Notes: generated by a model not told the origin, from the sequence alone. Shown: positions 21,838 through 32,845, counted from the first letter of the stretch. The stretch: DNA of 40,043 nucleotides from Octopus bimaculoides (GCF_001194135.2 NC_069002.1:28725318-28765360), one strand, 5' to 3'. Numbers and translations are program-made.

Positions 21838-22035
21838 TTATCTTTAGCTTGTTTCATTCATTGGACTTTGACAATGCTGGAGCGCACCACCTTGAAAAAT
21901 TTTAGTCGAAGAAATCCACCCCCGTACTTTATTTTCAACTCTGGTACTTATTTTATCCAGTCATTTTTTTTTGCCAAACTGCTAAGTTACGAGGATGTAA
22001 ACAAATTAACACCGGTTGACAAGTGGTGATGGGGA
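21838..22035 (-). mobile_element. SINE family C 3' tail
   Basis: ATGCTGGAGC.CACC.CCTTGAA...TTTAGTCGAA...CTGGTACTTATT...TTTGCCAAACTGCTAAGTTACG...ACACCGGTTGACAAG. Confidence 0.85.
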
Positions 22036-22113
22036 GGGAAAAACAGAAACACAAGCACAAAGATGCACACACACACATACACACACATACACACACACAC
22101 ACACACACACATA

Positions 22114-22149
<36 letters not shown>

Positions 22150-22224
22150 NNNNNNNNNNNNNNNNNNNNNNNNNNNNNNNNNNNNNNNNNNNNNNNNNNN
22201 NNNNNNNNNNNNNNNNNNACACAC

Positions 22225-22545
22225 ATGTATTCGTCGGGTTTCCACACAGTTTCCATCTGCCGCATCAGTTCACAAAGGTGGAGCACAGCCTTGAAAAGCT
22301 TAGCTGAACAAATCGTCACCAGCTATTCTGTCAGTCTATTATGCCGAACCGCTAAGTTACAGATCACAAGCAAATCAACATTAATTGTCAAATCAAAGGC
22401 ACGCACAAACACGCACACACGGGATTCTACTCAGTTTCCGTCTACTAAATTCACTCATAAGGCATCGGTTAACTTGGGACGATAGTATAAGACATTCGCA
22501 ATGGGATTTAACCCAAGATTACGTCGTTGCGAAGCAAATTTCTTA
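22225..22545 (-). mobile_element. Cluster of degraded SINE family C fragments
   Basis: CAGTTTCCATCTGC / CAGTTTCCGTCTACTAAATTCACTCATAAGGC cores, plus the tail piece TGCCGAACCGCTAAGTTAC. Confidence 0.7.
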
Positions 22546-22765
22546 GTCACACAGGTACTATACACACATACATATATATATATATGCATATATGGGTATA
22601 GGACGTCACAAACCGTAAACAACATGAAATACGAAAACAAATGAGTTGCGTACAGAAACAACGGGAGAAACAAACGGGAAAACGGGACAAATAACATAAT
22701 GACCCTTCATCAGTTGTCGGCTGTCCATCTACTCCTCATTTCGAGCTTATATACTACTACTACTA

Positions 22766-23090
22766 TTGGTACTCCGTCGGTTACAATGACAAGGGTTCCT
22801 GTGATCCGATCAGTTGAACAGCTTGCCCGTGAAATTAACGTGGAAGTGACTGAGCACTCTCTACAGACATGCGTATCTTCAACGTATTTTTCAGGGAGAT
22901 TCAGTTTGACATAGAATATGAAAAGGCCGGGCCTTTTGAAATATAGGTATTACTCGTTCTGCTAGCTGAGCGGATTGGAGCAGCGTGAAATAAAGTGTCT
23001 TGTGTAAGGACATAATGCGCCGCCGGGAAGCGAACTCACTAACTTACGATCGTGAGTCGAACCCCCTAACCACTATGCCGCCCGCCGTCA
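22766..23090 (-). mobile_element. SINE family D: family-B 3' half joined to a different head and central domain
   Basis: 22766-22945 aligns with 17095-17270 (GATCCGATCA..GAACAGC.TGC.CGTGAAATTAACGTG.AAGTG.CTGAGCACT). 22960-23090 carries AGCTGAGCGGATTGGAGCAGCGTGAAATAAAGTGTCTTG and its own tRNA head. Confidence 0.85.
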
Positions 23091-23299
23091 CACGCACGCT
23101 CACACATAGTAGTACAAAAATAAAAAGAAGAGTATCATGAAGTCGAGGTTAAAAAACTGGGATTAATCTTTAATGTTTCGAGCTTCCGCTCCTCTATGGA
23201 AAGAATACATGAGGAAAGAGCGAGAGAACAAGAGAGAAAAGAACAAGTGTATCTCAATTATACACTCATACAAGCGCACACATAAATGTATATATGCTT

Positions 23300-23322
23300 A
23301 TAAATATGTATACACACATACG

Positions 23323-23410
<88 letters not shown>

Positions 23411-23416
23411 AATATA

Positions 23417-23450
<34 letters not shown>
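23300..23450. repeat. (TA)n/(CA)n/(TG)n microsatellite
   Basis: Direct reading. Confidence 0.95.
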
Positions 23451-23452
<2 letters not shown>

Positions 23453-24509
23453 AAGCATCTATAGAATCGTACCGTGGAATATTATATATTGTTATCAATA
23501 TAATAGATTATACATCCAACATACATGATATATTATTATCAATAGAATAGATAATATAGATAATATAATATATGCATTATGTATTATCGTCAATAGAATC
23601 AGCCCTGGAACCTTTTCTACTGCTTGAACAACTGTTAAATATTTCACAAAGCGATGTGACAGCATTTACAGTTTGACTCCAAGTCGACCTGTATACAATG
23701 GTGTTTTGATGTATGCAACAACATTTAGTAATTTGTTACGATTTTGTTCTCGATTCGATAAAAGATCAAACGCATTGGGTTAACGTTAATGTAATGATAA
23801 TTTGAATTGAAGCATAAATTCGAGCCCCTCAGATATAGTATTTATCTAATCTTCGATCAACAACCTAAGTTGAGACTGAAAAAATGCGCGCGCGCGCGTT
23901 CATATGTACACACACACACACACACACACACACANNNNNNNNNNNNNNNNNNNNNNNNNNNNNNNNNNNNNNNNNNNNNNNNNNNNNNNNNNNNNNNNNN
24001 NNNNNNNNNNNNNNNNNNNNNNNNNNNNNNNNNNNNNNNNNNNNNNNNNNNNNNNNNNNNNNNNNNNNNNNNNNNNNNNNNNNNNNNNNNNNNNNNNNNN
24101 NNNNNNNNNNNNNNNNNNNNNNNNNNNNNNNNNNNNNNNNNNNNNNNNNNNNNNNNNNNNNNNNNNNNNNNNNNNNNNNNNNNNNNNNNNNNNNNNNNNN
24201 NNNNNNNNNNNNNNNNNNNNNNNNNNNNNNNNNNNNNNNNNNNNNNNNNNNNNNNNNNNNNNNNNNNNNNNNNNNNNNNNNNNNNNNNNNNNNNNNNNNN
24301 NNNNNNNNNNNNNNNNNNNNNNNNNNNNNNNNNNNNNNNNNNNNNNNNNNNNNNNNNNNNNNNNNNNNNNNNNNNNNNNNNNNNNNNNNNNNNNNNNNNN
24401 NNNNNNNNNNNNNNNNNNNNNNNNNNNNNNNNNNNNNNNNNNNNNNNNNNNNNNNNNNNNNNNNNNNNNNNNNNNNNNNNNNNNNNNNNNNNNNNNNNNN
24501 NNNNNNNNN

Positions 24510-24571
<62 letters not shown>

Positions 24572-24573
24572 CA

Positions 24574-24674
24574 CATGGCCACGTGACCGACCTGTCTATC
24601 ACATGTTATACATCGCTGGTTCCAATGCGCTTTTCATAGATTTGTCCTTCGAATGACGTCAGTCCGCTGGCTAG
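24574..24674. mobile_element. Probable dispersed-repeat (SINE 3' part) fragment
   Basis: CATGGCCACGTGACCGACC...ACATCGCTGGT..CAATGCGC...CTTCGAATGACG...CCGCTGGCTA resembles a common octopus repeat as I recall it; no second copy in this window. Confidence 0.35.
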
Positions 24675-24689
24675 GTAAGTAGAACTTTG

Positions 24690-24964
24690 AAACTTTGCGT
24701 AGGCCTCTGAGCAGGTGTCGCCTAGGTTTGGGAAAATTTTGAAGCAGAATACCTGCTCAACTTTCTCTGTCATTGTCAATGCGACGATCAAACGCTACAC
24801 ACGTTACTTCCAAGCACTGCTGTAAACAGCGGAAGTAAGCTAGAACGTTAAAACTTAGTGCGCATGCACAACACAGTTCAAGGTCAATCTGTGCTCCTTT
24901 ATTCTGCGTGCTTTAGCTTCGTTACTATGGTAACAGTCCGGATACTTATTGATTAGATCACGTA
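24690..24964 (-). mobile_element. Mariner element 5' fragment (left TIR, 5' UTR and transposase N-terminus)
   Basis: The minus strand begins TA-CGTGATCTAATCAATAAGTATCCGGACTG. ATG at 24773 gives MTEKVEQVFCFKIFPNLGDTCSEAYAKFQ, matching the mariner N-terminal EQRxCIKFCxxLGxTxxETYxMxQ helix-turn-helix region. Confidence 0.88.
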
Positions 24965-25384
24965 TATGCGTTTGTAATATACATACATACATACATATAT
25001 ATGTTATATATATATAAATATATATATATATAATTCAAATTTACAGAACACAAAAGAGAAGACAAGGGAACGACAAGTGGGAATATTATTTTGACGCTCG
25101 GGAAAAAAGGAAAAGTTTTGACATTTCGAGCCTACGCACTTCGACAGAAAGGAATGTGAGGGAAAACATGGAGAGAGAACGAAAAAACGGAGGGACAACG
25201 AGAAATTTGTGTAGGGATAAACGGATTAACATACTATTCACGTGACCTATTTTATATCATAAAGGGGAAAATATATAACAGCCTATGCAGAATTTGAACA
25301 TCATATCTGCTGTGAACTGCAGAACCATCTTAGCCGATAAAACAATGCAATATCAAAACGTTAACTGCACAAATTAAGAAACAA

Positions 25385-25417
25385 GACACCTAAAATCACA
25401 CACACACACACCTAAAA

Positions 25418-25465
<48 letters not shown>

Positions 25466-25507
25466 GCACACTCACTCACTCACTCACTCACTCACTCACT
25501 CACTCTC

Positions 25508-25585
<78 letters not shown>
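25385..25585. repeat. Stepwise compound microsatellite (CA)n-(CTCA)n-(CT)n-(GTCT)n with a short duplication ACACCTAAAATCACAC
   Basis: Direct reading. Confidence 0.95.
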
Positions 25586-25586
<1 letters not shown>

Positions 25587-25744
25587 TAGCATCTCTCACG
25601 TTTTATCGTCTGTGATGCGTGTAGCCCACATAGAAACGTCCTGGTGTTTCTTATGAGGTTCTATTTGACTTTGTGCGTCCCATTCAACTCTCCTGAATTG
25701 TCCTTATCTTTCGTTTTTTGTTCTGAATTCCTCAAACTCTAAAG

Positions 25745-25765
25745 GTACATTTATGGACACCCTGT
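25745..25765. mobile_element. Tc1/mariner-type TIR end
   Basis: ATGGACACCCTGTATA is the reverse complement of TA-CAGGGTGTCCAT, a typical Tc1/mariner terminus; partner end not found. Confidence 0.4.
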
Positions 25766-25792
25766 ATATGAACGCATGCACGCGCGCGACGG

Positions 25793-25945
25793 CCGTCCAC
25801 TCGTGACCGAGGAAGACCATTGCCGACCTTCAGAACATTGTGCGCTCGTATAGTGAATGGGGAAAACTTGGTCTGCAATGTTTGCAGTCGTGTATGCTTG
25901 TCAAGAGCAGGGCTCATTAGCCACCAACTGAGCCGCAAATACATA
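25793..25945 (+). mobile_element. RTE-clade LINE 3' end encoding the C-terminal zinc-finger-like motif
   Basis: Reads VNGENLVCNVCSRVCLSRAGLISHQLSRK, like the CxxCxRxxxSRxGLxSHxRxH motif at the end of RTE ORFs; followed by a (TACA)n tail. Confidence 0.75.
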
Positions 25946-27169
25946 TACATACATACGTCGAGTTTTCGCACAGTTTCACTCAAATTCCGTTGATCGTATC
26001 TATTAGAGCACTTACCGTCGTAATCGGTGGAGAACCAGGCCACGAGTACTATTGAATATGGCATTTTAACATATTTAAATATATTTCGTTACTTATGGAG
26101 TAAGTTAGAAGTCTTCCTCATGTTTTTCATTAAAATATTCCAAACATTTTTATTCTTACACTGTATGACGTGTATTAAACATTATCTCCTTGTCTTTGTT
26201 CCTCAGACAATCTATGTCTTTCAGCTATTCTTGCAACAATATCAACTGTTCAAGTATTTTTGTTTTATTTTCAGTAAATTTTGACAAACTTTGGTAGATT
26301 TTTTTTTCCCCAATACGATACAGTACCAATAATTCTATTTGTCTGAGAATCATACGTTAGTAACATTTTTTTCATATTATTCCATCGAATTTTAAAAAAA
26401 TTTTCTGAAGACAATATATTTCTGCTATGTTTTGCATTGTTTTTCAGTTTTTCTTTTCTTCCATGCTCGCATTTCTAGAAATATTGTTTTGATACAATAA
26501 GCTTTTTCACTATTCAACATTTACAAAGTTCCAATTTCAACGTATTAATTCCCAAGAGAAAACACCACGGAAATTTTCTTTACAAGACCCAAGTAATTTT
26601 TATTTGTCTGATATGTTTTCGAATAGGTCCTCTGCAAAAGTGCTGCCACTTGACCGAGTCTCGGTTAAGATTATTTGACGTTTCTGTTCCAACTCTCTTC
26701 GCTGTGAGTTCTAATTCTACCGACTAAGTTCGTTTCGTTTTTTGTTTTACCCTTTCGGTTTCGATAAATTCGCTACCCTTCCAGACCTCTGGATTTGCAC
26801 AACGGATATAACTTTGGAAAGATATAGCCTTGTAGTATCTGTTGTTAGCTCTTTGCGCTCTGATGTCAAGCTTCCACCAATCGATGGTGTAAAGAGGAGA
26901 GACTTGCATAACTAAGACGCAGGTGGGCCTCAATAAAAATCTTAGCTTAAGAGAGGAGCATTCCCGGTTCCGATTTATGGCCTCACCAGAGATACGGAAG
27001 ACCTGAATACATAAATGAAAGAAGCACCCAATGCGGTGTGTGTAGACATATGCTAATGTCAGCCATGAATGTCTCTGTATTAAATGTCAGTTTGACGATA
27101 TTGATTAGCTTGTTTCATAATAGCCATCTTAAAGTTTTACAAATGTCTGTGAATATACGCATTCAGATG

Positions 27170-27285
27170 AATGTAAAGAATTAATATAGGATTTATATAG
27201 TTTATAATAATGGGTTTATCAAGGTTTAAACCTTGATAAACCCATTATTATAAACTATATAAATCCTATATTAATTCTTTACATT
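27170..27285. repeat. Perfect 116-bp palindrome (58-bp arms, no spacer, centre GGTTT|AAACC)
   Basis: Checked base by base: 27170-27227 is the exact reverse complement of 27228-27285; the first mismatch is at 27169/27286. Confidence 0.98.
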
Positions 27286-27289
27286 ATAA

Positions 27290-27800
27290 AGATAAAGCTT
27301 ATCTCTTATGTGTTTTTCAAATAGTATTAGATATATTACCTTAAATTTTAAAAATTAAAAAAATTTTTTTAATAATTCAAAATAGTTTCTTTAGTCCATT
27401 ATATATAATATTCTTAAACTTCACACCTTATCTATAGCTTTTGAATTCAAAATTGACACTACTTCAGGGTTTTTGTATAAACTAATTACATTTTTATTAT
27501 TAACATATTAATTAAGCTAATATTGATATCTATAAATTCCCCATACTTAGTATATGTAAAACAATACTGATGATTTATTAAGACTAAAGAAAAAGCCCTG
27601 TTGACCTAGATGCTTAATGTTTAATTTCCCAGCATTATGATAGTAGTAGAAAAACCCCAACCTAAAATAGTGTTGCTACTCTGACCAGAGAAACCTTTAT
27701 AACCATATCCATGTAAAATGCTTACACCTTCCCATTCCTTAGAAGTGATTGCCCCTTATACTGTAACCACTAGATAAGAGACAATAAAATCAGAGACAGT
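27290..27800 (-). mobile_element. Possible ancient non-LTR retrotransposon RT remnant
   Basis: Minus-strand fragments in the expected order: KEWEGVSIL...GQSSNT (cf. EWKxAxVxPIxK...NYRPI), MLGN*TLSI*VNR (cf. GKxLEKxxxNR), NHQYCF (cf. QYGF), SILNSKAIDKV (cf. LDxSKAFDKV). Very degenerate. Confidence 0.4.
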
Positions 27801-28154
27801 TAGAATTCTACCTAGAATTAATTACTAGCCTGCTAGCCTTGGCTATGTCAAGATGGATTTTTATGTATTCTTCTTCCCACTTCGATTTTAAATGTTGCCA
27901 CAATTATAATATGTCTATTCTACTCTAATTTTCTACATTTTTGTGCAGCTGAAGATTGGTCTACATATTGCATTTAATGTAATGCTCGCATTACTTAAAT
28001 AAATGGAGTAGCATGAAACGTGCGTACTGCAGTCATCTTTAAAATCCATGTTGCTTTTTTAGATTTTTTTGATCACCTTGTTTTTGGATAATACCATACT
28101 ATATTCTGGTGCCTAAACAAAAGTACCACATTCAATTTTGAATCTCTCTCTCTA

Positions 28155-28187
<33 letters not shown>

Positions 28188-28192
28188 GCCTA

Positions 28193-28418
28193 TTTCTTTA
28201 CTGCCCACAAGGGGCTACACACAGAGGGGACAAACAAGGACAGACAAACGGATTAAGTCGATTATATCGACCCCAGTGCGTAACTGGTACTTAATTTATC
28301 GACCCCGAAAGGATGAAAGGCAAAGTCGACCTCGGCGGAATCTGAACTCAGAACGTAACAGCAGATGAAATACCGCTAAGCATTTCGCCCGACGTGCTAA
28401 CGTTTCTGCCAGCTCGCC
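28193..28418 (-). mobile_element. SINE family A (young-looking), head at the gap edge
   Basis: Close reverse complement of 14414-14640. Confidence 0.95.
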
Positions 28419-28628
28419 NNNNNNNNNNNNNNNNNNNNNNNNNNNNNNNNNNNNNNNNNNNNNNNNNNNNNNNNNNNNNNNNNNNNNNNNNNNNNNNNNN
28501 NNNNNNNNNNNNNNNNNNNNNNNNNNNNNNNNNNNNNNNNNNNNNNNNNNNNNNNNNNNNNNNNNNNNNNNNNNNNNNNNNNNNNNNNNNNNNNNNNNNN
28601 NNNNNNNNNNNNNNNNNNNNNNNNNNNN

Positions 28629-28661
<33 letters not shown>

Positions 28662-29289
28662 CTTACACACACGCGCACGTATGTATGTATGGGAGTGTAT
28701 TGTGTGTTTCTATTTGTATATTATGCATATCTGTAATTGTGTGTTTGCTTGCGTCTGTATGTCGATGTATATAAATACTACACAGGCTTACAAAACACGA
28801 AGATATTGCAGGAATGAAGAGCACAGCTATCAATCTACCTGCTATGTTTAGAGATATAGCTATCCCAGAAAACGATAGTAATAGTCTCATCCATTAGACA
28901 ATTAACCAATATACATCGACTGACTCTTAAAAGATGGACTATATCACATGATGACAAAGTCTTTAACGTTAACTGACATCGCTGACATTAGTGAATTTAT
29001 GCCAGTCTACAAAGATTGGAATTTAATATCACGCTCTGTTCTTTTGAAATTATGCTCGTCAATATTTTCTTTTTATTTTAATCAATCAGCTACAAGGAAT
29101 TAAAATATAGCTAATATGAAGTATCTGTTTATCCTTCTGTGATGTTGTTGGTTCGCTTTTATTTTGTCTCCTTGATGAAAGTGTCGTAGCGGGCGTGGTT
29201 GTGATGTCACGCAGTGAGTCTTGGTCGTTTTTAGATCTGGTGGCGCCCAGTCCTCTATAGATCTGACTACGGCTGGTTTCTACCAGAAA

Positions 29290-29620
29290 GAGAGAGATGG
29301 AGAGCGAGGGGTGTGAGTGAGTGAGTGACAGAGGGAGAGAGAGAGAGAGAGAGAGAAAGAAAGACAGACAGACAGACAAACTGAGTGAGAAAGACAGAGA
29401 TAGATCGCGAGAGAGCGAAGCAGACAGAATGAGTGAAAGAAACGGACAGAACGAGAGTGTGTGTGAGAGAGAGAGATAGAGAGAGAGAGAGAGGGGGAGA
29501 GAGAACGAGAGACAAATAAACAGACAGAATGTGAGAAAGATAGAACGCGAGAGAGCGAGGCAGTCAGAACGAGTGAGTGAGTGAGAAAAGGGGGAAGAGA
29601 GGATGAGAAACAGATAAACT

Positions 29621-29662
<42 letters not shown>

Positions 29663-29690
29663 ACAAGCGAGCGAGGTAGGCAGACCGAGT
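29290..29690. repeat. Complex (GA)n/(GACA)n/(GAGT)n tract with an internal imperfect duplication of about 60 bp
   Basis: CGCGAGAGAGCGA.GCAG.CAGAA.GAGTGA occurs near 29405 and 29547; ORF 29086..29664 is mostly this tract. Confidence 0.9.
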
Positions 29691-29700
29691 GAGAGAAGGA

Positions 29701-29760
29701 CCTGTGTTGGTAATTCTACCTGTCCTAAACAAAATTGCATTACTTTTTGACTCACCTTCG
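29701..29760 (-). mobile_element. Mariner-type TIR fragment
   Basis: Minus strand reads CGAAGGTGAGTCAAAAAGTAATGCAATTTTGTTTAGGACAGGTAGAATTACCAACACAGG, a CGAGGGxxxTCAAAAAGT-type mariner terminus. Confidence 0.6.
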
Positions 29761-30149
29761 TGTTTATATGAATCTATTTACACGTCAATTACATTGCACT
29801 GATGCAGTGTTGTCAGAAACAAAATTTCTGTTGTAACAAGAAACACAAATTTTTTTCATGTAATTTTACTTATGTCTAATGAATCTTCATTATCCTCAAG
29901 AATTACATTTTTACCCCACTTAACTTAGGGTAATTTACCCCGTTCGCCGATCCCTGAAATAGAGTATAAAGTAAGGCCCGCCGTCACTTGCGAGCGACTG
30001 TCTTAGTCACAAATACTATGCTTTCTCTTATTGTTTTAGGTGCTTGTGTAGTTGTGCACAGAGATAAACACTCTGTTGGCTCCTCAACCTTCTTGATTCT
30101 GTGGAACGTCCAAAGTGTAACAGCTGAAGGAAGAGAGGAAAGGTTGCGC

Positions 30150-30298
30150 AAGTACCCGGTTGCTACTCATTACAGCCGAGTAAACTGGAACAACGTGAAA
30201 TAAATTGCCTGGTTGAAGGACTCAACGTGCCACCTGGTCCAGAAACTGCACCTATGGTATCAAGATCATGATCCAAACATTCTAACCAGTACGCCACC
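30150..30298 (-). mobile_element. Old SINE (D/E-type central domain and head)
   Basis: TTACAGCCGAGTAAACTGGAACAACGTGAAATAAATTGCC...AAGGACTCAACG. Confidence 0.7.
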
Positions 30299-30419
30299 AG
30301 ACTTTTCAGACAATACTACTGTGTGAGTGTGTCTTGTTCTGAGCTCTAGGACATATAAGAGCAGGCTACCCGGTTATCTTGGAGTATAAGTGAGCGAGAT
30401 CACATCAGTTTCCCTTGAG

Positions 30420-30560
30420 CGTGGCCGCAGGGTTATTCATTTACACCTGAGTGAACTGAAGTCACGTGAAATGAAATGCTCTGCTCATGAACACAATGCA
30501 ACGGGAATCGAAACCGTGACCTTATGACCGTATGTGCAACATTCTATTTGACCATGCGTC
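30420..30560 (-). mobile_element. Old SINE (D/E-type central domain and head)
   Basis: TTTACACCTGAGTGAACTGAAGTCACGTGAAATGAAATGC...GAACACAATGC..GGGAATCGAAACC. Confidence 0.7.
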
Positions 30561-31399
30561 TTTCATAATACTGCGAAGAAATAATCCGAAGAGAATGCAA
30601 CTGTTTCTGAGTGTTTCTAAACGGCAAACATGACTCTACCACGATGTAATTGTCTTTTGGTGTTTTTTTCTTTCAGTTTTAACCGGTACCACTGTCAATT
30701 AACCGGATCAAAAATACCACAGAAGATTCTCCTATAATAATAGAAACAGCAAACTCCCTTAAATTACACCCTAAAGTCTAACAAAAAGAACACATTGTAT
30801 AATGTATTAAAAAGAGATGGAATGTCACGGATGTAATGCTTTTGATCGTAGGTGTATTTGATCAGGATCGATCAACGACTGAACTGCAACAAAAATAGTA
30901 ATCACCATCAGCCACAGTGTCAGGTGACTAGAGCTTTGTTTCGTATTCCAAGATGCTTGTTTATCTCTTTATTTACTGAAACCCACAAATTTTAATAGAT
31001 ATTACGTTAATTAAACATGAAAAACATAACGAGACAACATAAAATTAAATCTGTCTTTGACATTGTGTGTGCGATTTTACAAGCAAAAATAATCAGATAA
31101 TTGCGTTACAATAGTTTCCATATAAAGACATTCCTTTTACTAAGAATGTTTACAATAAAAGATATTTTCTAAAGAAATATTCTCCATGTTATCCCTTAAA
31201 TGATATTCTTTTTAAGAGCTTCAGTTCTGTTTGCCATTCCTCTTTTAATAGTTTACACAAAACTCTTCAAATTATTTCGTCAGACTTTTCCTTCTTGTGT
31301 GGTATTCACATTTTAAAAACCGACACATCCATACGTTTAAATAAATAAATGAATACAAACAGACACAGGCAGACAGACACACACAGACACTTATATACA

Positions 31400-31614
31400 C
31401 GATGGGGTGCTGAAAAGTTCCTGGCTTGAGGTAAAAGAAAATACAGGAGGATCAGTTAATTACGATTTTATTCAACATATTCTCCTCTCAGATTCACACA
31501 CTTACTGCAATGGTCCTTCAGTTTATCTAAGCCCTGTTAAAGAACTTGGAAGGTTGGGCCTCCAACCAGGCCTTTCGCGATACCCTTAAAGCCAGGAACT
31601 TTTCACTACCCTCG
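31400..31614 (+). mobile_element. Mariner-derived MITE (same family as 11051-11256)
   Basis: TIRs CGATGGGGTGCTGAAAAGTTCCTGGCTT / AAAGCCAGGAACTTTTCACTACCCTCG followed by TA. Confidence 0.9.
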
Positions 31615-31615
31615 T

Positions 31616-31659
<44 letters not shown>

Positions 31660-31685
31660 TATGAGGGAGAGAGAGATATACATAA

Positions 31686-31716
<31 letters not shown>

Positions 31717-32280
31717 TACATACACTCACACGCACACACATACATATATTCACACTTACATACGTATATACATTCATGCATATATACACACATGCATATA
31801 CATACACACACACACACACACACANNNNNNNNNNNNNNNNNNNNNNNNNNNNNNNNNNNNNNNNNNNNNNNNNNNNNNNNNNNNNNNNNNNNNNNNNNNN
31901 NNNNNNNNNNNNNNNNNNNNNNNNNNNNNNNNNNNNNNNNNNNNNNNNNNNNNNNNNNNNNNNNNNNNNNNNNNNNNNNNNNNNNNNNNNNNNNNNNNNN
32001 NNNNNNNNNNNNNNNNNNNNNNNNNNNNNNNNNNNNNNNNNNNNNNNNNNNNNNNNNNNAAAACGTTTATTTTTTCTTTTTCTTTTTTTTTTTTCTTTCT
32101 GATCCCGAGAGCAGAAAGGGTAGAATAACAAAACCATTCTTCCGATCAACGAGGGAGTGGAACAAAAAATATATTCTTTCGGTGAACGACTTCTTTTAGG
32201 ACAAATATTTGAGTTGATAACTCTCTGCTGGAGTTTAGTTTAATGACTTTTGAAGAATATATAGCTCTTTGTACTCTTCT

Positions 32281-32600
32281 GCTTGTTTCAATCACTGAAC
32301 AGAGGCCCATGCTGGAGCATTACCTTTTCTTTTTCCAGTCGCGGGCCGCATGAGACATGACTCATCATCAGGCAGCCGCACTGCTAAAAAGAAATTCAAG
32401 ATAATTTTTCGTTTGGCGTGCCATTCAAAAAGTCCTGTGGGCCGCAGTTTTGGCCATGACAGGTTTAGTCGTGCAAATCGACTCCAGTACATATTCTCTG
32501 GCACTTATCCTGTTGGTTTCCTGTTGTTGAATGGCTGCAGTACAAGGTCATAAACAAACCAACACCGGTTCTCAAGTGGTGGCGATGGTGGTAGTGGCAG
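32281..32600 (-). mobile_element. SINE family C tail interrupted by an insert of about 135 bp
   Basis: CCATGCTGGAGCA...[insert]...GGTTTAGTCG..CAAATCGACTCCAGTAC...AACACCGGTTCTCAAG. Confidence 0.7.
32326..32460. mobile_element. hAT-like MITE fragment nested in the SINE tail
   Basis: GCGGGCCGCA near 32341 and GTGGGCCGCAGTTTTGGCCA near the right end resemble the GCGGGCCGCA subterminal motifs of small hAT elements; class is inferred. Confidence 0.45.
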
Positions 32601-32734
32601 CGGTCAAATACACCATAAAGACACACTAGACACAATATAGATTCATATATATGCAGACACACAAATGCACATGTGTATATTTGTATGAATGTGTGTGTGT
32701 GTATGTGTGCATGTGTGTATGTTTATGTTTGCAC

Positions 32735-32845
32735 GATGATCTTCTTCACAGTTTCCGTCTATCAAATTCTCACACAAAGCTTGGGATGGATTGAATCTGA
32801 GACCATGTGGTTACGAAGCGAAGACCTTAACTGTGCAGCCAAAAC
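32735..32845 (-). mobile_element. Degraded, internally deleted SINE family C head
   Basis: CAGTTTCCGTCTATCAAATTCTCACACAAAGC...GAATCTGAGACCATGTGGTT. Confidence 0.7.

Noticed and set aside
27290-27960. Nuclear mitochondrial insertion (NUMT), suggested by extreme AT-richness
   Set aside because: I could not recover any mitochondrial protein, rRNA or tRNA motif; the ordered RT-like fragments fit a decayed LINE better. A BLASTn against the mitogenome would settle it.
29106-29290. Plus-strand MKYLFILL* frame with several in-frame TGA codons (selenoprotein idea)
   Set aside because: No SECIS-like element or Sec-context motif seen; multiple random TGAs are expected in non-coding DNA.
29751-29760. 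Strong minus-strand splice donor GAAG|GTGAGT
   Set aside because: Better explained as part of a mariner TIR (CGAAGGTGAGTCAAAAAG); the upstream frame is not convincingly coding.
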